Shown here: positions 1-9,522 of the stretch, in pieces | Layout of the letters: each line of letters starts with the position of its first letter | Numbering within the stretch: position 1 is the first letter of the stretch | From: a virus | Lineage: Duplodnaviria; Caudoviricetes | DNA length: 64,000 nucleotides | Strand: one strand, 5' to 3' | IMG/VR virus record: IMGVR_UViG_3300015370_000001 | Span: 1,104 to 65,103 of that record | Notes under the pieces: generated by a model | What the model was told of the DNA's origin: nothing | Database searches by the model: none | The model's input: the letters and a program-made list of their open reading frames with translations, nothing else | Program-made: the position numbers and the translations under genes

Positions 1-1
1 C

Positions 2-130
2 TGGCACCACGTCGAGATCACGGGGGAGAGGGTGGGCCAGAAACGCACGTTCTCCCGCCAGCAGCGGGAGTGGCTGACCATGAACCGGGAGCCGCAGCAC
101 AGGCCAGCGGTACAGGGAGACCTCTTTTGA
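2..130 (+). CDS. 3' end of an upstream gene truncated by the window edge (…WHHVEITGERVGQKRTFSRQQREWLTMNREPQHRPAVQGDLF*)
   Basis: Frame 2 is open from the window start to TGA at 128-130, which overlaps the helicase ATG (TGATG). Confidence 0.55.
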   Translation, partial: WHHVEITGERVGQKRTFSRQQREWLTMNREPQHRPAVQGDLF

Positions 131-1584
131 TGCGCGCCACCGTCACAGGCACGATCCGACTCCACCGCCCGCCGCCGGATCTCGCCGACGCCGTCCGCTC
201 CGCCCTGACGATCCCCAACCCCGAGTACCTCGATGCGCAGAAGCAGATGCGCGCGACGTCAGGGATGGACGCCGCACTGTGCTACGCGCTGCGAGTCGGC
301 GAGGACATGCTCGTCCCGCGTGGGTACGGGGGCGATCTGCGGGCGCTGTGTCAGAGCAGGGGAGTCGATCTCGAATGCGACTGGACCGGGCTGGCACGGG
401 GCGAGGTGCTGGACGCGCGGTCCTCCGTCGAGCCACGTCCGTACCAGCGGGCCGCTGTCGAGGCGCTGCTACACGGGCTGCAAGGCGTCGTCGTGGCTCC
501 CACTGGCGCGGGCAAGACCATCATCGGATGCCTGGGGATCGTCGGCGCGGGGGTGTCCTCGCTGATCGTCGTGCACACCCTGGACCTGCTTCAACAGTGG
601 AGGCAACAGATCCGCAAGGTGCTCGGCGTCGAAGCGGGGCAAGTCGGCGGGGGCAAGGTGGACTGGCAGCCCGTGACCGTGGCCACCGTGCAGACGCTGC
701 ACCGGCTGGGCATGGCCGAGGTGTCCACGCGGGGGGCTGGGATCGGGCTTGTGATACACGACGAACTCCACCACCTCGGGGCAAGCACGTGGTGGGACGT
801 GTGCTCCTGGCTCCCGTGCCTGTACCGCTGGGGACTCACCGCCACGCCAGAGCGCGCCGACGGACTCACCCAGCTCCTGTGGTGGGGCGTGGGCCCGCTG
901 CTGTACGAGGTGCCAGCGAGGGAGCTGCTGGACGCCGGGCACCTGGCCAAGCCGCGAGTCGTGCAGGTACACACGGGGTGGCGGTATCCGGCGTTCGATG
1001 AGGCGGCAGAGCGGTTCAAGGAGGTGGAGGCGACGCGGGAGGGCTGGCCCGTCAAGCGCGCGCAGATGGACAAGCAGCGGGCGTTCGCCAATCTGCAATC
1101 CGCGCTCATCGAAGACGCCGACCGCAACGCGCGGATCGTGGATCTCGTGCGGCGCGAGGTGGACGCCGGACACCAGGTGCTCGTGCTGTCCGGGCGAGTC
1201 GATCACTGCGAGGCCCTGTGCGCCCTTCTGCGGGCCGCGGGGGTGGATGCCGAGGTAGTCACCGGCAAGACGCCGAAGAAGGCCAGGGAGGGGATCATGG
1301 GCCGACTGCGGGACGGTACGCTGCCCGCGGCCTGTTGCACACAACTCGCCGACGAGGGCCTGGACGCCCCCGGGCTGGACCGCCTCGTGGTGGCGTTCCC
1401 CACGCGCAACAAGCGTCAGGCAACCCAGCGACGGGGGCGGATCATGCGCCCGGGGCCAGGTAAGCAGCCGGTGGTGTACGACCTCGTGGATGACGTCGGG
1501 GTACTTCGTGGACAGGCCGCGGCTCGGCTCCGTGCGTACCGCGCGGATCTCGGGGATGTGTCGTTGACGGCGGAGCGGTGGTGA
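130..1584 (+). CDS. Superfamily 2 (DExH-box, ResIII-like) DNA helicase
   Basis: Q-motif PRPYQ, Walker A APTGAGKT, IHDELHH, motif III GLTATPER, EGLDAPGLD, motif VI QRRGRIMR. ATG130 is preferred over GTG70 because of the TGATG coupling. Confidence 0.92.
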   Translation: MRATVTGTIRLHRPPPDLADAVRSALTIPNPEYLDAQKQMRATSGMDAALCYALRVGEDMLVPRGYGGDLRALCQSRGVDLECDWTGLARGEVLDARSSVEPRPYQRAAVEALLHGLQGVVVAPTGAGKTIIGCLGIVGAGVSSLIVVHTLDLLQQWRQQIRKVLGVEAGQVGGGKVDWQPVTVATVQTLHRLGMAEVSTRGAGIGLVIHDELHHLGASTWWDVCSWLPCLYRWGLTATPERADGLTQLLWWGVGPLLYEVPARELLDAGHLAKPRVVQVHTGWRYPAFDEAAERFKEVEATREGWPVKRAQMDKQRAFANLQSALIEDADRNARIVDLVRREVDAGHQVLVLSGRVDHCEALCALLRAAGVDAEVVTGKTPKKAREGIMGRLRDGTLPAACCTQLADEGLDAPGLDRLVVAFPTRNKRQATQRRGRIMRPGPGKQPVVYDLVDDVGVLRGQAAARLRAYRADLGDVSLTAERW

Positions 1585-1738
1585 GGTAGGCTCGGATCGT
1601 CTCGCGATGCTGGAAACGCGAGCACACCGATTGGGACTAGACCCATGTGTAAAGTGACGACGTAACGGAAGCCGCGCTAGTCCCCGGCACCGTTGCGTTT
1701 TTCACGGGCTCCCTCCCGGCCAGCACCGGGAGGGGCCT

Positions 1739-4039
1739 TTGGAGCCCCTTGTGGCGACGGACAAGAGAGCGGAACAAGCGGTACTCGGCTCCCTGATCAT
1801 CGGGGACGGGGCCCGTGAAATGAAGCTGGTAGACAAGGACTTCCGCAGGCTCCATCGGCCGATGTTCAACGCCATTAGACGGATCGCGACTAGGGGAGAA
1901 GACCTCGACGAAACCACCATCACCGCCGAGATGGCCAAATGCGGATCGAAATCGCTAGAGGAACTGGGCGGATACCAGTACCTGGCCGAGATCGTGTCTG
2001 TGGCGACCGAGGAACAGGATGTGGTTGCGGGCGGAAGGGGGTGGGAGAACTGTGAGACCATCGTCTACGCGCTGTCACAGGGACGAAAGCTGCGCAAGAT
2101 GATGCCCGACGACATCATCCTGGACAGCAATGAACATGGGATACCGGCCGACGCCGACGACATACCGCACCCTGCTGAGTTCGGAGACGTTTCAGGAGAT
2201 CCAGTGGGAGAAGCGGAATTTGGGACGGTGCTGTACCACTTTCCGGACGCTCCGATACACGAGAACGCCGAGATACCATTTCCCTACTCCATCGACGATA
2301 AAGGCCAGCTCGTCAAGCCGGTGACAGAGGGGCAGGGAGATCACGCGAAGACCGTTCCTCGCCCAGTATCAGACGGCCTAATCCTCATCACCGACCTGGA
2401 CCACGACGTGAATGACGGGCTGACCTATGTCACGCTCGTGTTCAGGGGGCACGGCGGGGCCTGGGGCGATTGCGTGGTGAAGAAGGGTGTGATCGCCAAC
2501 GCGAACAAGGTCTCGGATCTGGCCAACTTCGGAGCCCCGGTCCTGTCCACACGAGGGAAGGGGATCATCCAGTGGCTCAGTGCTTACGAAGCAGCCAACT
2601 TCCGGGTGATCCGCAACCGGAGGATCTCCGGGCGCATGGGCTGGCACGAGGTGGGTAGCCGTCTCGCTGGGTTCCTGTTCGCCGACGAGTGGGTAGGGGA
2701 TCAGTCCATGGAGATCCACCACCAATCCGAGTCCGGGATCACTCAGCTTGCCCAGGCCGTGCGCGCCGTTGGGAGTATAGAGGAGGAGCAGACTGCCCTC
2801 GAGATTTCCATGGCCTTCCCGACCGTGGCCGTGGTCATTGGAGCCGCCCTTGCAGCTCCGATGCTGCGCATCCTCGGGTGTCCTCCGTTCACTCTGTCCC
2901 TGTCGGGCACGACTTCGACGGGGAAGACGTCCGCGCTGCGTGTCGCCGGGGCCATATGGGGAAGCACGGACGAGCGAAAGCCGGACTCGATCCTCCAGAC
3001 GTGGAACCAGACCCAGAACGCCATCATCGAAAAAGCGTCCAGTCTCGACGGTATCCCGTTCATGCTCGACGACACCCAGGTGGCCACGGGCCACAACGTC
3101 ATCCAGAACACGATCTACGCCCTCAGCACGGGCCGCGGGAAGGGGCGGCTCAACAGGCTGGGCAAGGCCGTCGGCGAGAAGTCCAGCCGAACGATCCTCA
3201 TCTCCACGGGCGAAATGCCCATGCTCGAATCCAGCCACCAGGGGGGGACGAGAGCCCGTGTGCTGGAGGTGTGGGGGGATCCGTGGGGGACCTACTGCGC
3301 AGCGACAGGGCAGAGGATAAGGGCGGCGATGCACCTGACAGAGCGCAGTTCAGGGAACACAGGGCGAGCGTGGATTCGGTACCTACTGGATACCCGAGGG
3401 GAGTGGGATCACTGGCAACGCCTTCACAAGTCGAGGCAAAAGCAGCTCGAAGACAGGCTAGCGCAGATCCACGGAAACAGGCACGGGGCCCTGCTAGGGC
3501 GGTTGGCTGAGTACATCTCCGTGATTGAGTCGGCGCTGTACATCGCCACGGAGGCGGGGATCATCAGGGACGAGGGGCACAGTGGGAGAGTCGCTGCCAT
3601 CGAGCACCTGGCGGACGGAGCCATCTCCGAAGCCGTGTCCAAGGATGTCCCCATCGAGGCGCTGAAACTCGCTCTGGAGATCGCCACGTCCCGGCGAAAG
3701 GACTTCTATGAGGGGGTGCACCATTCGGCGAACGACGCGCCCTACGCGGGGTGGATGGGCCGCTGGGATATCGGGGCGGATAGGATCTACTTCGTGCCCA
3801 GCAAGCTCAAGGCAGCGCTGGAGGATGAGGGGTATCAGTACGGGGCACTCGTGAGAGCGTGGGCCGCACGGGGCTATCTGATCACCCAGGGCGGCAAGCA
3901 CAACTCTGTGGTGACGAGGCTCGGAGAGACTACCTGCAGGATGGTAGCCGTCACCGTGGCGGCGCTCAAGAAGGAGCTGGGGTTCGATCCGCAAGCCGAC
4001 GATCAGAGGACGTTTGGCGCTGAAGTCGAGGGAGATTGA
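1739..4039 (+). CDS. Replication protein: DnaB N-terminal-like domain fused to a DUF927 helicase-like ATPase domain
   Basis: The N-terminus DKRAEQAVLGSLI…FRRLHRPMFNAI resembles DnaB-N. The central GTTSTGKTS P-loop, PFMLDD and YALSTGRGKGR fit DUF927 proteins. TTG start. Confidence 0.75.
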   Translation: MEPLVATDKRAEQAVLGSLIIGDGAREMKLVDKDFRRLHRPMFNAIRRIATRGEDLDETTITAEMAKCGSKSLEELGGYQYLAEIVSVATEEQDVVAGGRGWENCETIVYALSQGRKLRKMMPDDIILDSNEHGIPADADDIPHPAEFGDVSGDPVGEAEFGTVLYHFPDAPIHENAEIPFPYSIDDKGQLVKPVTEGQGDHAKTVPRPVSDGLILITDLDHDVNDGLTYVTLVFRGHGGAWGDCVVKKGVIANANKVSDLANFGAPVLSTRGKGIIQWLSAYEAANFRVIRNRRISGRMGWHEVGSRLAGFLFADEWVGDQSMEIHHQSESGITQLAQAVRAVGSIEEEQTALEISMAFPTVAVVIGAALAAPMLRILGCPPFTLSLSGTTSTGKTSALRVAGAIWGSTDERKPDSILQTWNQTQNAIIEKASSLDGIPFMLDDTQVATGHNVIQNTIYALSTGRGKGRLNRLGKAVGEKSSRTILISTGEMPMLESSHQGGTRARVLEVWGDPWGTYCAATGQRIRAAMHLTERSSGNTGRAWIRYLLDTRGEWDHWQRLHKSRQKQLEDRLAQIHGNRHGALLGRLAEYISVIESALYIATEAGIIRDEGHSGRVAAIEHLADGAISEAVSKDVPIEALKLALEIATSRRKDFYEGVHHSANDAPYAGWMGRWDIGADRIYFVPSKLKAALEDEGYQYGALVRAWAARGYLITQGGKHNSVVTRLGETTCRMVAVTVAALKKELGFDPQADDQRTFGAEVEGD

Positions 4040-4046
4040 GCCGCCG

Positions 4047-4330
4047 TGTTACCACTTTTGTTCGATTTGTTACCACTTGTTACCACTTCTGTTACCACCA
4101 AAAGCGTAGTGATATCAAGAGGTTACGGCCATGTTACCACTGTTACCACCTGGGAGAGAAGTAACCCCATACATGTGTGTGCGCGCGTGATGTGCGCCCC
4201 CGCGCGTGGAGAGATCACATGCCTGGTGGTAACAAGGTAACAAGTGGGTTAAGTCCGCAGAATCATTCAGAAAGTGGTGGTAACAAAAGTGGTAACAAAG
4301 CACACAAAAGTGGTAACAGAAGTGGTAACA
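4047..4330. repeat. Iteron array (putative replication origin): 6 direct TGTTACCAC followed by 5 inverted GTGGTAACA copies
   Basis: Forward copies at 4047, 4068, 4078, 4090, 4132, 4141. Reverse copies at 4226, 4277, 4289, 4310, 4322, plus a partial GGTAACA at 4236. The array lies directly after the DUF927 gene stop. Confidence 0.85.
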
Positions 4331-4380
4331 GACTGGATTAGGAGGACGGACATGGCTACTTTCATCGAGATCGGGGGCGA

Positions 4381-4662
4381 GTGATGGACGAAACCACACG
4401 ACTGCGGGCGCTTCTCCAGGACGCCTCGTTTCTCTTCGTGGACGTGCACGCCGCGATGGCCGAGCTGCGCGAGACGGCGCCGGAATACTGGCGTGTCAAC
4501 GGCATCGGTGACCAGATCACCACGTGGCAGGCAAGGGCGGCGGAGGCGCTGGCAAGGCCCGAGGTGCTGGCGACGACGTGGGACAGGGGGGCGACGGGGG
4601 CGATGGCGCCAACCGGCGGGCCGAGATTCGGCCAGAATGGCCGGGGATTCGGGGGGGAGTGA
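4381..4662 (+). CDS. Hypothetical protein
   Basis: 93-aa ORF translationally coupled to the next gene. Confidence 0.6.
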   Translation: MMDETTRLRALLQDASFLFVDVHAAMAELRETAPEYWRVNGIGDQITTWQARAAEALARPEVLATTWDRGATGAMAPTGGPRFGQNGRGFGGE

Positions 4663-5090
4663 TGGGAGCCAGCCAACGACGCAAGGGCGCCACGTGGGAG
4701 CGCGATGTCGCCAACATGCTCCGCGAGGCCATGCCGGGCGCCCACGTCCAGCGCGGTCAGCAGTCGTGGGACAAGAGCACAGACCCGGACATCCGGTGCC
4801 CCTATTTCGCGGTCGAGTGCAAGGTAGGGGCCACGCCACCGATCCGCCAGGGGATGCGCCAGGCCGTCGAGACCGCCGGGGACAGGTGGCCGGTCGTGGT
4901 ATCGAGGCGGAACACGCCAGCCTTTGAGAAGGCGGAGGACTGGGTCACGATGCGCATGGAGGACTGGCAACAGCTCGTGCGGCAGTGGTGGGATGCGTTC
5001 GGGGAAAGGGAGTGGGTAAGCGAGGACACGGACTCCAAGGTCGCGAGATGCCTCCGGGACATCTCCGCCGACGAGATGGATCGGCGATGA
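4662..5090 (+). CDS. Holliday junction resolvase-like PD-(D/E)XK nuclease
   Basis: MGASQRRKGATWERDVANML…DPDI…AVECK matches the Hjc-like phage resolvase pattern (KG..xER, PD, ExK). Confidence 0.8.
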   Translation: MGASQRRKGATWERDVANMLREAMPGAHVQRGQQSWDKSTDPDIRCPYFAVECKVGATPPIRQGMRQAVETAGDRWPVVVSRRNTPAFEKAEDWVTMRMEDWQQLVRQWWDAFGEREWVSEDTDSKVARCLRDISADEMDRR

Positions 5091-5344
5091 CCCAGCTCGA
5101 CATGATACCCACGCCCGCCAGGGACACCCGATGCCGCGAGATGACCGGCCGCTGCTGGACGCCCATCGAAGGGTCGAGCCCCCCTCGTGGACGGTGCGCC
5201 CTGGGGTACCGGCACGTCCAGCAAGGCGCCGCGTGCTACGACCTGCGAGGGACGACGGGGCACCTTGACCCGTGCTGGGAGCGGGATCGGATCAATCGGC
5301 TGGAGACACAACGCGCCCTGTTCGGGGCTGGGAGGACAGGATGA
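5087..5344 (+). CDS. Small Cys-containing hypothetical protein
   Basis: ATGA-coupled on both sides. Confidence 0.55.
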   Translation: MTQLDMIPTPARDTRCREMTGRCWTPIEGSSPPRGRCALGYRHVQQGAACYDLRGTTGHLDPCWERDRINRLETQRALFGAGRTG

Positions 5345-5589
5345 GACGAACGCCACAACAGCATCGCGACTTCGTGATGGGCAACGTGATCGCGAGGCAC
5401 CGCGCAGAGATGGACATGCTGCTGTTCGGCACAGGGTTCGTGATCAAGCATGGGGACGGCCGAGTCGAGCGTGTCGATCCCCGTGACGTGACGTGCGTGG
5501 GACGTACGTGGTTCATCGGCGGAAAGCCCGATACGAGGCTGGAGCCGGTCGTCACGATACCTGAATACAAGGCGGAGAAACCATGCTAG
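5341..5589 (+). CDS. Hypothetical protein
   Basis: ATG preceded by GGAGG; coupled to its neighbours. Confidence 0.6.
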   Translation: MRRTPQQHRDFVMGNVIARHRAEMDMLLFGTGFVIKHGDGRVERVDPRDVTCVGRTWFIGGKPDTRLEPVVTIPEYKAEKPC

Positions 5590-6032
5590 CCCTCACCCTG
5601 CACCGCCCATGGGACCAGGCCATCACACGCCTCTCCAAGGCCATCGAGAACCGCACGTGGAAGCCTCCGCAGTCCGCGATGGACCATGTGATCGCCATCC
5701 ACGCGGGACTCAAGTGGGACGAGGACGGAGCCGAGTTCATCGCCATGCTCGAAGGCCCGCAGTGGGAGTTCTTCGACGCCGACAGCCCGACGGGGATCGT
5801 GGGCGTGGCGCGGATCGTAGGGTGGTTCAACACCATCACCGACGAACGAAAGGCAGCATGGAACCGCGAGCACATGGTGAAGGAGCATCGGTGGTCCCCG
5901 TGGCGCAGCGGCCCCTACTGCTGGGTGCTGGCCGACAGGCGCCCCCTCCCCATGCCCGTGCCGTGCAAGGGCGCCCAGGGGCTGTGGACGGTGCCCACGG
6001 ACGTGGAGCGGGCGGTGAGGGGGCAGTTGTGA
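5583..6032 (+). CDS. ASCH-domain protein
   Basis: ALTLHRPWDQAI…KAIENRTW…IAIHAG…GIVGVA…GPYCWVL…PCKGAQGLW is the typical phage ASCH signature. Confidence 0.88.
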   Translation: MLALTLHRPWDQAITRLSKAIENRTWKPPQSAMDHVIAIHAGLKWDEDGAEFIAMLEGPQWEFFDADSPTGIVGVARIVGWFNTITDERKAAWNREHMVKEHRWSPWRSGPYCWVLADRRPLPMPVPCKGAQGLWTVPTDVERAVRGQL

Positions 6033-6367
6033 CCACCGACCCCCGTGACTACGACCCCCGCAAGCGCGATGCCGAGCTGCCCGAGGATGGCAAGCCAGGA
6101 CGCGACACCAGCCCCGACACAGCCGTCCGCGAGACAGCCCGCGAGGAGATCCGAGAGAACCGGGAATGGTACGGAGATCACCCACCGTGCGTCGAGTGCG
6201 AGGAGACGGGCGTCCCCGTGGTGGACGGCCCCGACGTCAGCACGGCGAACCTCATGGGCTGCGAGGCGTGTGGTCGCAAGCCCCTCAACTGGACGCGGCG
6301 ATTCAAGCGGGCGATCCGCGCGGCCGAGAACGTCGAGTTCGTAGTGGTGAGGAGGAGGAGGCGATGA
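6029..6367 (+). CDS. Hypothetical protein with two CxxC motifs
   Basis: CVEC and CEAC; GTGA overlap with the ASCH gene. Confidence 0.55.
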   Translation: MTTDPRDYDPRKRDAELPEDGKPGRDTSPDTAVRETAREEIRENREWYGDHPPCVECEETGVPVVDGPDVSTANLMGCEACGRKPLNWTRRFKRAIRAAENVEFVVVRRRRR

Positions 6368-6582
6368 GGGACTGGAAGCAACAACTTGCGGACCTCGATC
6401 CGCTGGTACGAATCGACTACGAGATCGACGGACAACCGGCCGTCGGTCACATGCCGTTGAGCGTCGTTACCAAGCTGCGAGCGATGCCAGAGGAGGACGC
6501 CAAAAGGATGTTCAGGTACATCCCGGACGACGATCCGCAGGACTGCCAGGAAGATGAAGACGAGACGAAAGAAGGAGGATGA
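6364..6582 (+). CDS. Hypothetical protein
   Basis: Strong GGAGG RBS; coupled. Confidence 0.6.
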   Translation: MRDWKQQLADLDPLVRIDYEIDGQPAVGHMPLSVVTKLRAMPEEDAKRMFRYIPDDDPQDCQEDEDETKEGG

Positions 6583-6896
6583 GATCGATGATCACCCTAC
6601 TCTGTGACGACTGCGGGCAGGCGTTCCAGGCGCCCGTGTACACCCCGCGCTGTCCCCCATGCGCCACGAGCCACTGGAGCGTCTACGGCCCCGCCAGGGA
6701 CGCCCTGCTAGCCGCCGATGACGAGGTGGAGACCACCCTATCCATCCCCTTCGATGACGTGACACACGCCGCCATGGTCTCCGGGTGGCTCGCGGATCTC
6801 GGGGTGCACAACACCCTGTCCACACGAGACGGCGCCATGGTCCTGGAGTGCCAGTGGGCTCCGGGGCTGGCTCGGCTGCGAAAGGAAAGCCCATGA
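6579..6896 (+). CDS. Hypothetical protein with zinc-ribbon-like CxxC pair
   Basis: CDDC…CPPC; ATGA overlaps. Confidence 0.6.
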   Translation: MRSMITLLCDDCGQAFQAPVYTPRCPPCATSHWSVYGPARDALLAADDEVETTLSIPFDDVTHAAMVSGWLADLGVHNTLSTRDGAMVLECQWAPGLARLRKESP

Positions 6897-7420
6897 GGAT
6901 CGACGACTTCGACGACGACGAGCTGAGGGCCATGTTCGAGGGCACCCATCCCCTGATGCGTGAGGCCGAGACCGATCCCTGGGAGACCGCCATGGCCATC
7001 CTGCGTGGTGCTCAGTTGCCACTCAGGCGGGGGATGCTGCTGGTCAACGGCCTGGTGGTGACACGCGGGGAGGAGGGGCACGAGCCGCGGGAGGAGGGGG
7101 CGCAGGTCCGCGTCTGCGGCCATGGGTACGAATACACGGCGGTGTGGAGCAATGGAGATTGGACAAGGGGCGGCGCGTACAAGAACGCCATCCCCGACAT
7201 CCGAGACCCGTGGACCGCGCGCATGGTGTGGCACGATCTCCACGCGCGCTTCGCCGGCGAGGACCGCAGCAAGACCCCCAACCATGACCAGATCCTCGCG
7301 CTGATCGTGGCCACGGGGGGATACGAGAAGCTGACCATGGACGAGCGCAAGGAGCGGCACAGGGCCGTCGTCGAGGAACAGCAAGCGGCCCGCGAGACGG
7401 GCAAGGGGAGGACGCTGTGA
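6893..7420 (+). CDS. Hypothetical protein
   Basis: Coupled ORF with GC3-rich codon usage. Confidence 0.65.
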   Translation: MRIDDFDDDELRAMFEGTHPLMREAETDPWETAMAILRGAQLPLRRGMLLVNGLVVTRGEEGHEPREEGAQVRVCGHGYEYTAVWSNGDWTRGGAYKNAIPDIRDPWTARMVWHDLHARFAGEDRSKTPNHDQILALIVATGGYEKLTMDERKERHRAVVEEQQAARETGKGRTL

Positions 7421-8004
7421 AGGGACTCAACGGAGGACTCGGACAGCAGGATCGCATGATGATCCAGATGCTGGTCCAGGGCGAGGTGAAGGATCAGACC
7501 AAGCAGCTACGGGAGGTCATCGAGCACCGTCTCCAGTTCATGGCCATGGCCATGGATCGCCTCAGCTCCGAGAGCATGGCCCGCACGTTCGAGGCGCGCA
7601 CCAACGAGGACCGCATCACGGTGCTGGTCGAGCACCTGGTGGACGACGTGTACCCCCTGACGCCGAACCCCGGCATCTTGAGGGACCAGCTGGATGCGCG
7701 CTTCGCCGAGATGTACGCCAGCCGCGCCGAGGAGTTGCGCCTGCGCAAGCTGCCCTCCGAGATCCTGGTCACGGCCGCCAACGGCTCCGACGCCGTGGTC
7801 ACGGCCTGCGTGGACGAGACCGAGGAGCAGACCACGGTGACGCTCCTGGTCGAGCACCTACCCGCCGCACGGGCCTACCAGGGGATTCATGGGGTGCAGT
7901 TCGTGGAGGGGCTCAAACGCGATGCCATGGGCCAGGCACGGGGGGCCGTGCGGGAGATCCAGCGGGGACTCGACGCCGCTCGTGAGGAGGACACGGAATC
8001 ATGA
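7417..8004 (+). CDS. Hypothetical protein
   Basis: 195-aa coupled ORF. Confidence 0.65.
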   Translation: MKGLNGGLGQQDRMMIQMLVQGEVKDQTKQLREVIEHRLQFMAMAMDRLSSESMARTFEARTNEDRITVLVEHLVDDVYPLTPNPGILRDQLDARFAEMYASRAEELRLRKLPSEILVTAANGSDAVVTACVDETEEQTTVTLLVEHLPAARAYQGIHGVQFVEGLKRDAMGQARGAVREIQRGLDAAREEDTES

Positions 8005-8168
8005 CAGACTCCCTACAAGCATGCATCGTCTTCTGGGACGAGATCGGCCCCATCGCCGAACAGATCGTTGAGCGCCTAGATGACGTCGGGTTCAACGTGT
8101 CGCTGGAGTACACCACGGTGGGTGACCGGCCGAGCTACCCTCTGATCGTCTTCAAGGTGGAGCCATGA
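8001..8168 (+). CDS. Small hypothetical protein (MTDSLQACIVFWDEIG…; not in the ORF track)
   Basis: 55 aa, GAGGAGG RBS, ATGA overlaps on both sides. Confidence 0.6.
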   Translation: MTDSLQACIVFWDEIGPIAEQIVERLDDVGFNVSLEYTTVGDRPSYPLIVFKVEP

Positions 8169-8395
8169 TCCCCACACCCCGACTCGAGGAGCTACGCGAC
8201 GAGCACGCGCAGACCGCCGAGGACCTCGTGGAGCTGCGCCAGGGGTATCACGCGCAGACGGCCCTGGACACGGCCCTGGCCATGGAGGAGTTGCTGAGGC
8301 GCCGGGAGGCCGGGGGCTGGCGTCGCTTGGCTGTGGCCGCCGCCGTGGGTACCAGCGCGGGTCTCGCGTTCGTGCTGGGATGGTGGCTGGGATGA
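8165..8395 (+). CDS. Small protein with a C-terminal transmembrane helix
   Basis: LAVAAAVGTSAGLAFVLGWWLG at the C-terminus. Confidence 0.6.
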   Translation: MIPTPRLEELRDEHAQTAEDLVELRQGYHAQTALDTALAMEELLRRREAGGWRRLAVAAAVGTSAGLAFVLGWWLG

Positions 8396-9027
8396 GGAGC
8401 ACAGATTCATCCATCGGACCCTTCGACGACGCCCGCACAGCCTTCGCCTTGTACCGCTGGGGGACCTACCTGAAGCAGGCTCAGGCCGACATCGAGGCAA
8501 GCGGCTACATGGTTCACCGAGTTCCAGAATCACCGTGGCTCAATGTCATCTGCGCGAGAAGCGAAAACTCCCTGCTGTGTCAGCGCGAAGGGGGCTCTGC
8601 GGAGATGGGCGACGACAGCTTCGCCATCGAGGTCAAAGGGATCTCCGGGTGCGTGGCCACTCTGGAGATGGCCTACCGCAAGGACATGCTTAAGGCGCGG
8701 CTGCTCGATGGGAAGACCGTGAGATCGTTCCTGGTCCAGGTCAACGGCCGGCGACTGAGCCAGGGGTTCGGCAGGCTCGCCCACCTGAAGCACGACCTCG
8801 TGGAGGCCGGGGAGTTCACCGCCGAGCAGTTGGACGCCATGCACCCCCGACTCGTGCGGCTGGCGTGGTTCCGGGTTCGCATCCTCATCCCAGGTAGCAT
8901 CGATCTCCTGTGGTACGGGTACGCCGACGTGAACCACAAACACAAGGTGGTGGCCTACCGCGACGGAACGGGACCTGGAACCGGGCTCCTTGCCGCATGG
9001 CACCTGATGAAGGGGAGGACCAAGTGA
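8392..9027 (+). CDS. Hypothetical protein
   Basis: Coupled ORF of about 211 aa. Confidence 0.65.
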   Translation: MRSTDSSIGPFDDARTAFALYRWGTYLKQAQADIEASGYMVHRVPESPWLNVICARSENSLLCQREGGSAEMGDDSFAIEVKGISGCVATLEMAYRKDMLKARLLDGKTVRSFLVQVNGRRLSQGFGRLAHLKHDLVEAGEFTAEQLDAMHPRLVRLAWFRVRILIPGSIDLLWYGYADVNHKHKVVAYRDGTGPGTGLLAAWHLMKGRTK

Positions 9028-9248
9028 GCCTACTTCGAGACCTTGTCACGTACACATGGGAGGGCCTGCTCGACGGGCCCATGGACGGTTTACGTGGGGC
9101 GCTGAGGCTGCACACGCCAAACCTGTACCAACCCCGCTACACGCCCAAGGACTTCGAGCTGAGGAAGATCCGGTGGGCCCGCTCGCTGGGGGTCAACATC
9201 TCGCAGGAGTACCTCGACGACATCGTGATTGACGTGGGCCAGCTGTGA
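9024..9248 (+). CDS. Hypothetical protein
   Basis: GTGA overlap and GGAGG RBS. Confidence 0.55.
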   Translation: MSLLRDLVTYTWEGLLDGPMDGLRGALRLHTPNLYQPRYTPKDFELRKIRWARSLGVNISQEYLDDIVIDVGQL

Positions 9249-9522
9249 CACCGGATTGAAAACACGCCACCGACAGCACCGAGCGCACAGGCTGGCCACT
9301 GCAAGCCGTGGAGCCCGACATGAGGAGATCCTCCCTCGAACCGCTTCCGTAGTTCCTCTCGCGTAAGAGAGAGATCCGGAGATCGCCGCGTGCGTGCGCG
9401 AGGAAGCGGCCTGTCAGAGTTCGCCGATCCTGTCAAGCGACTTGCCTGTATTTCTCGCTTCATGGCGGATCTGGTGGACGGTGAAAATTCGAGGTGGTAG
9501 CTATGAATCAAAGGGATGTGCC

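Noticed and set aside
4047-4330. Repeat array as a possible CRISPR or mini-array
   Set aside because: Repeats are 9 bp, irregularly spaced (0-45 nt) and switch orientation; no unique 25-45 nt spacers and no cas genes.
9249-9520. tRNA or pac/cos site in the intergenic region before the small terminase
   Set aside because: No cloverleaf with T-loop or CCA; only short purine/pyrimidine hairpins; a packaging site cannot be inferred from sequence alone.
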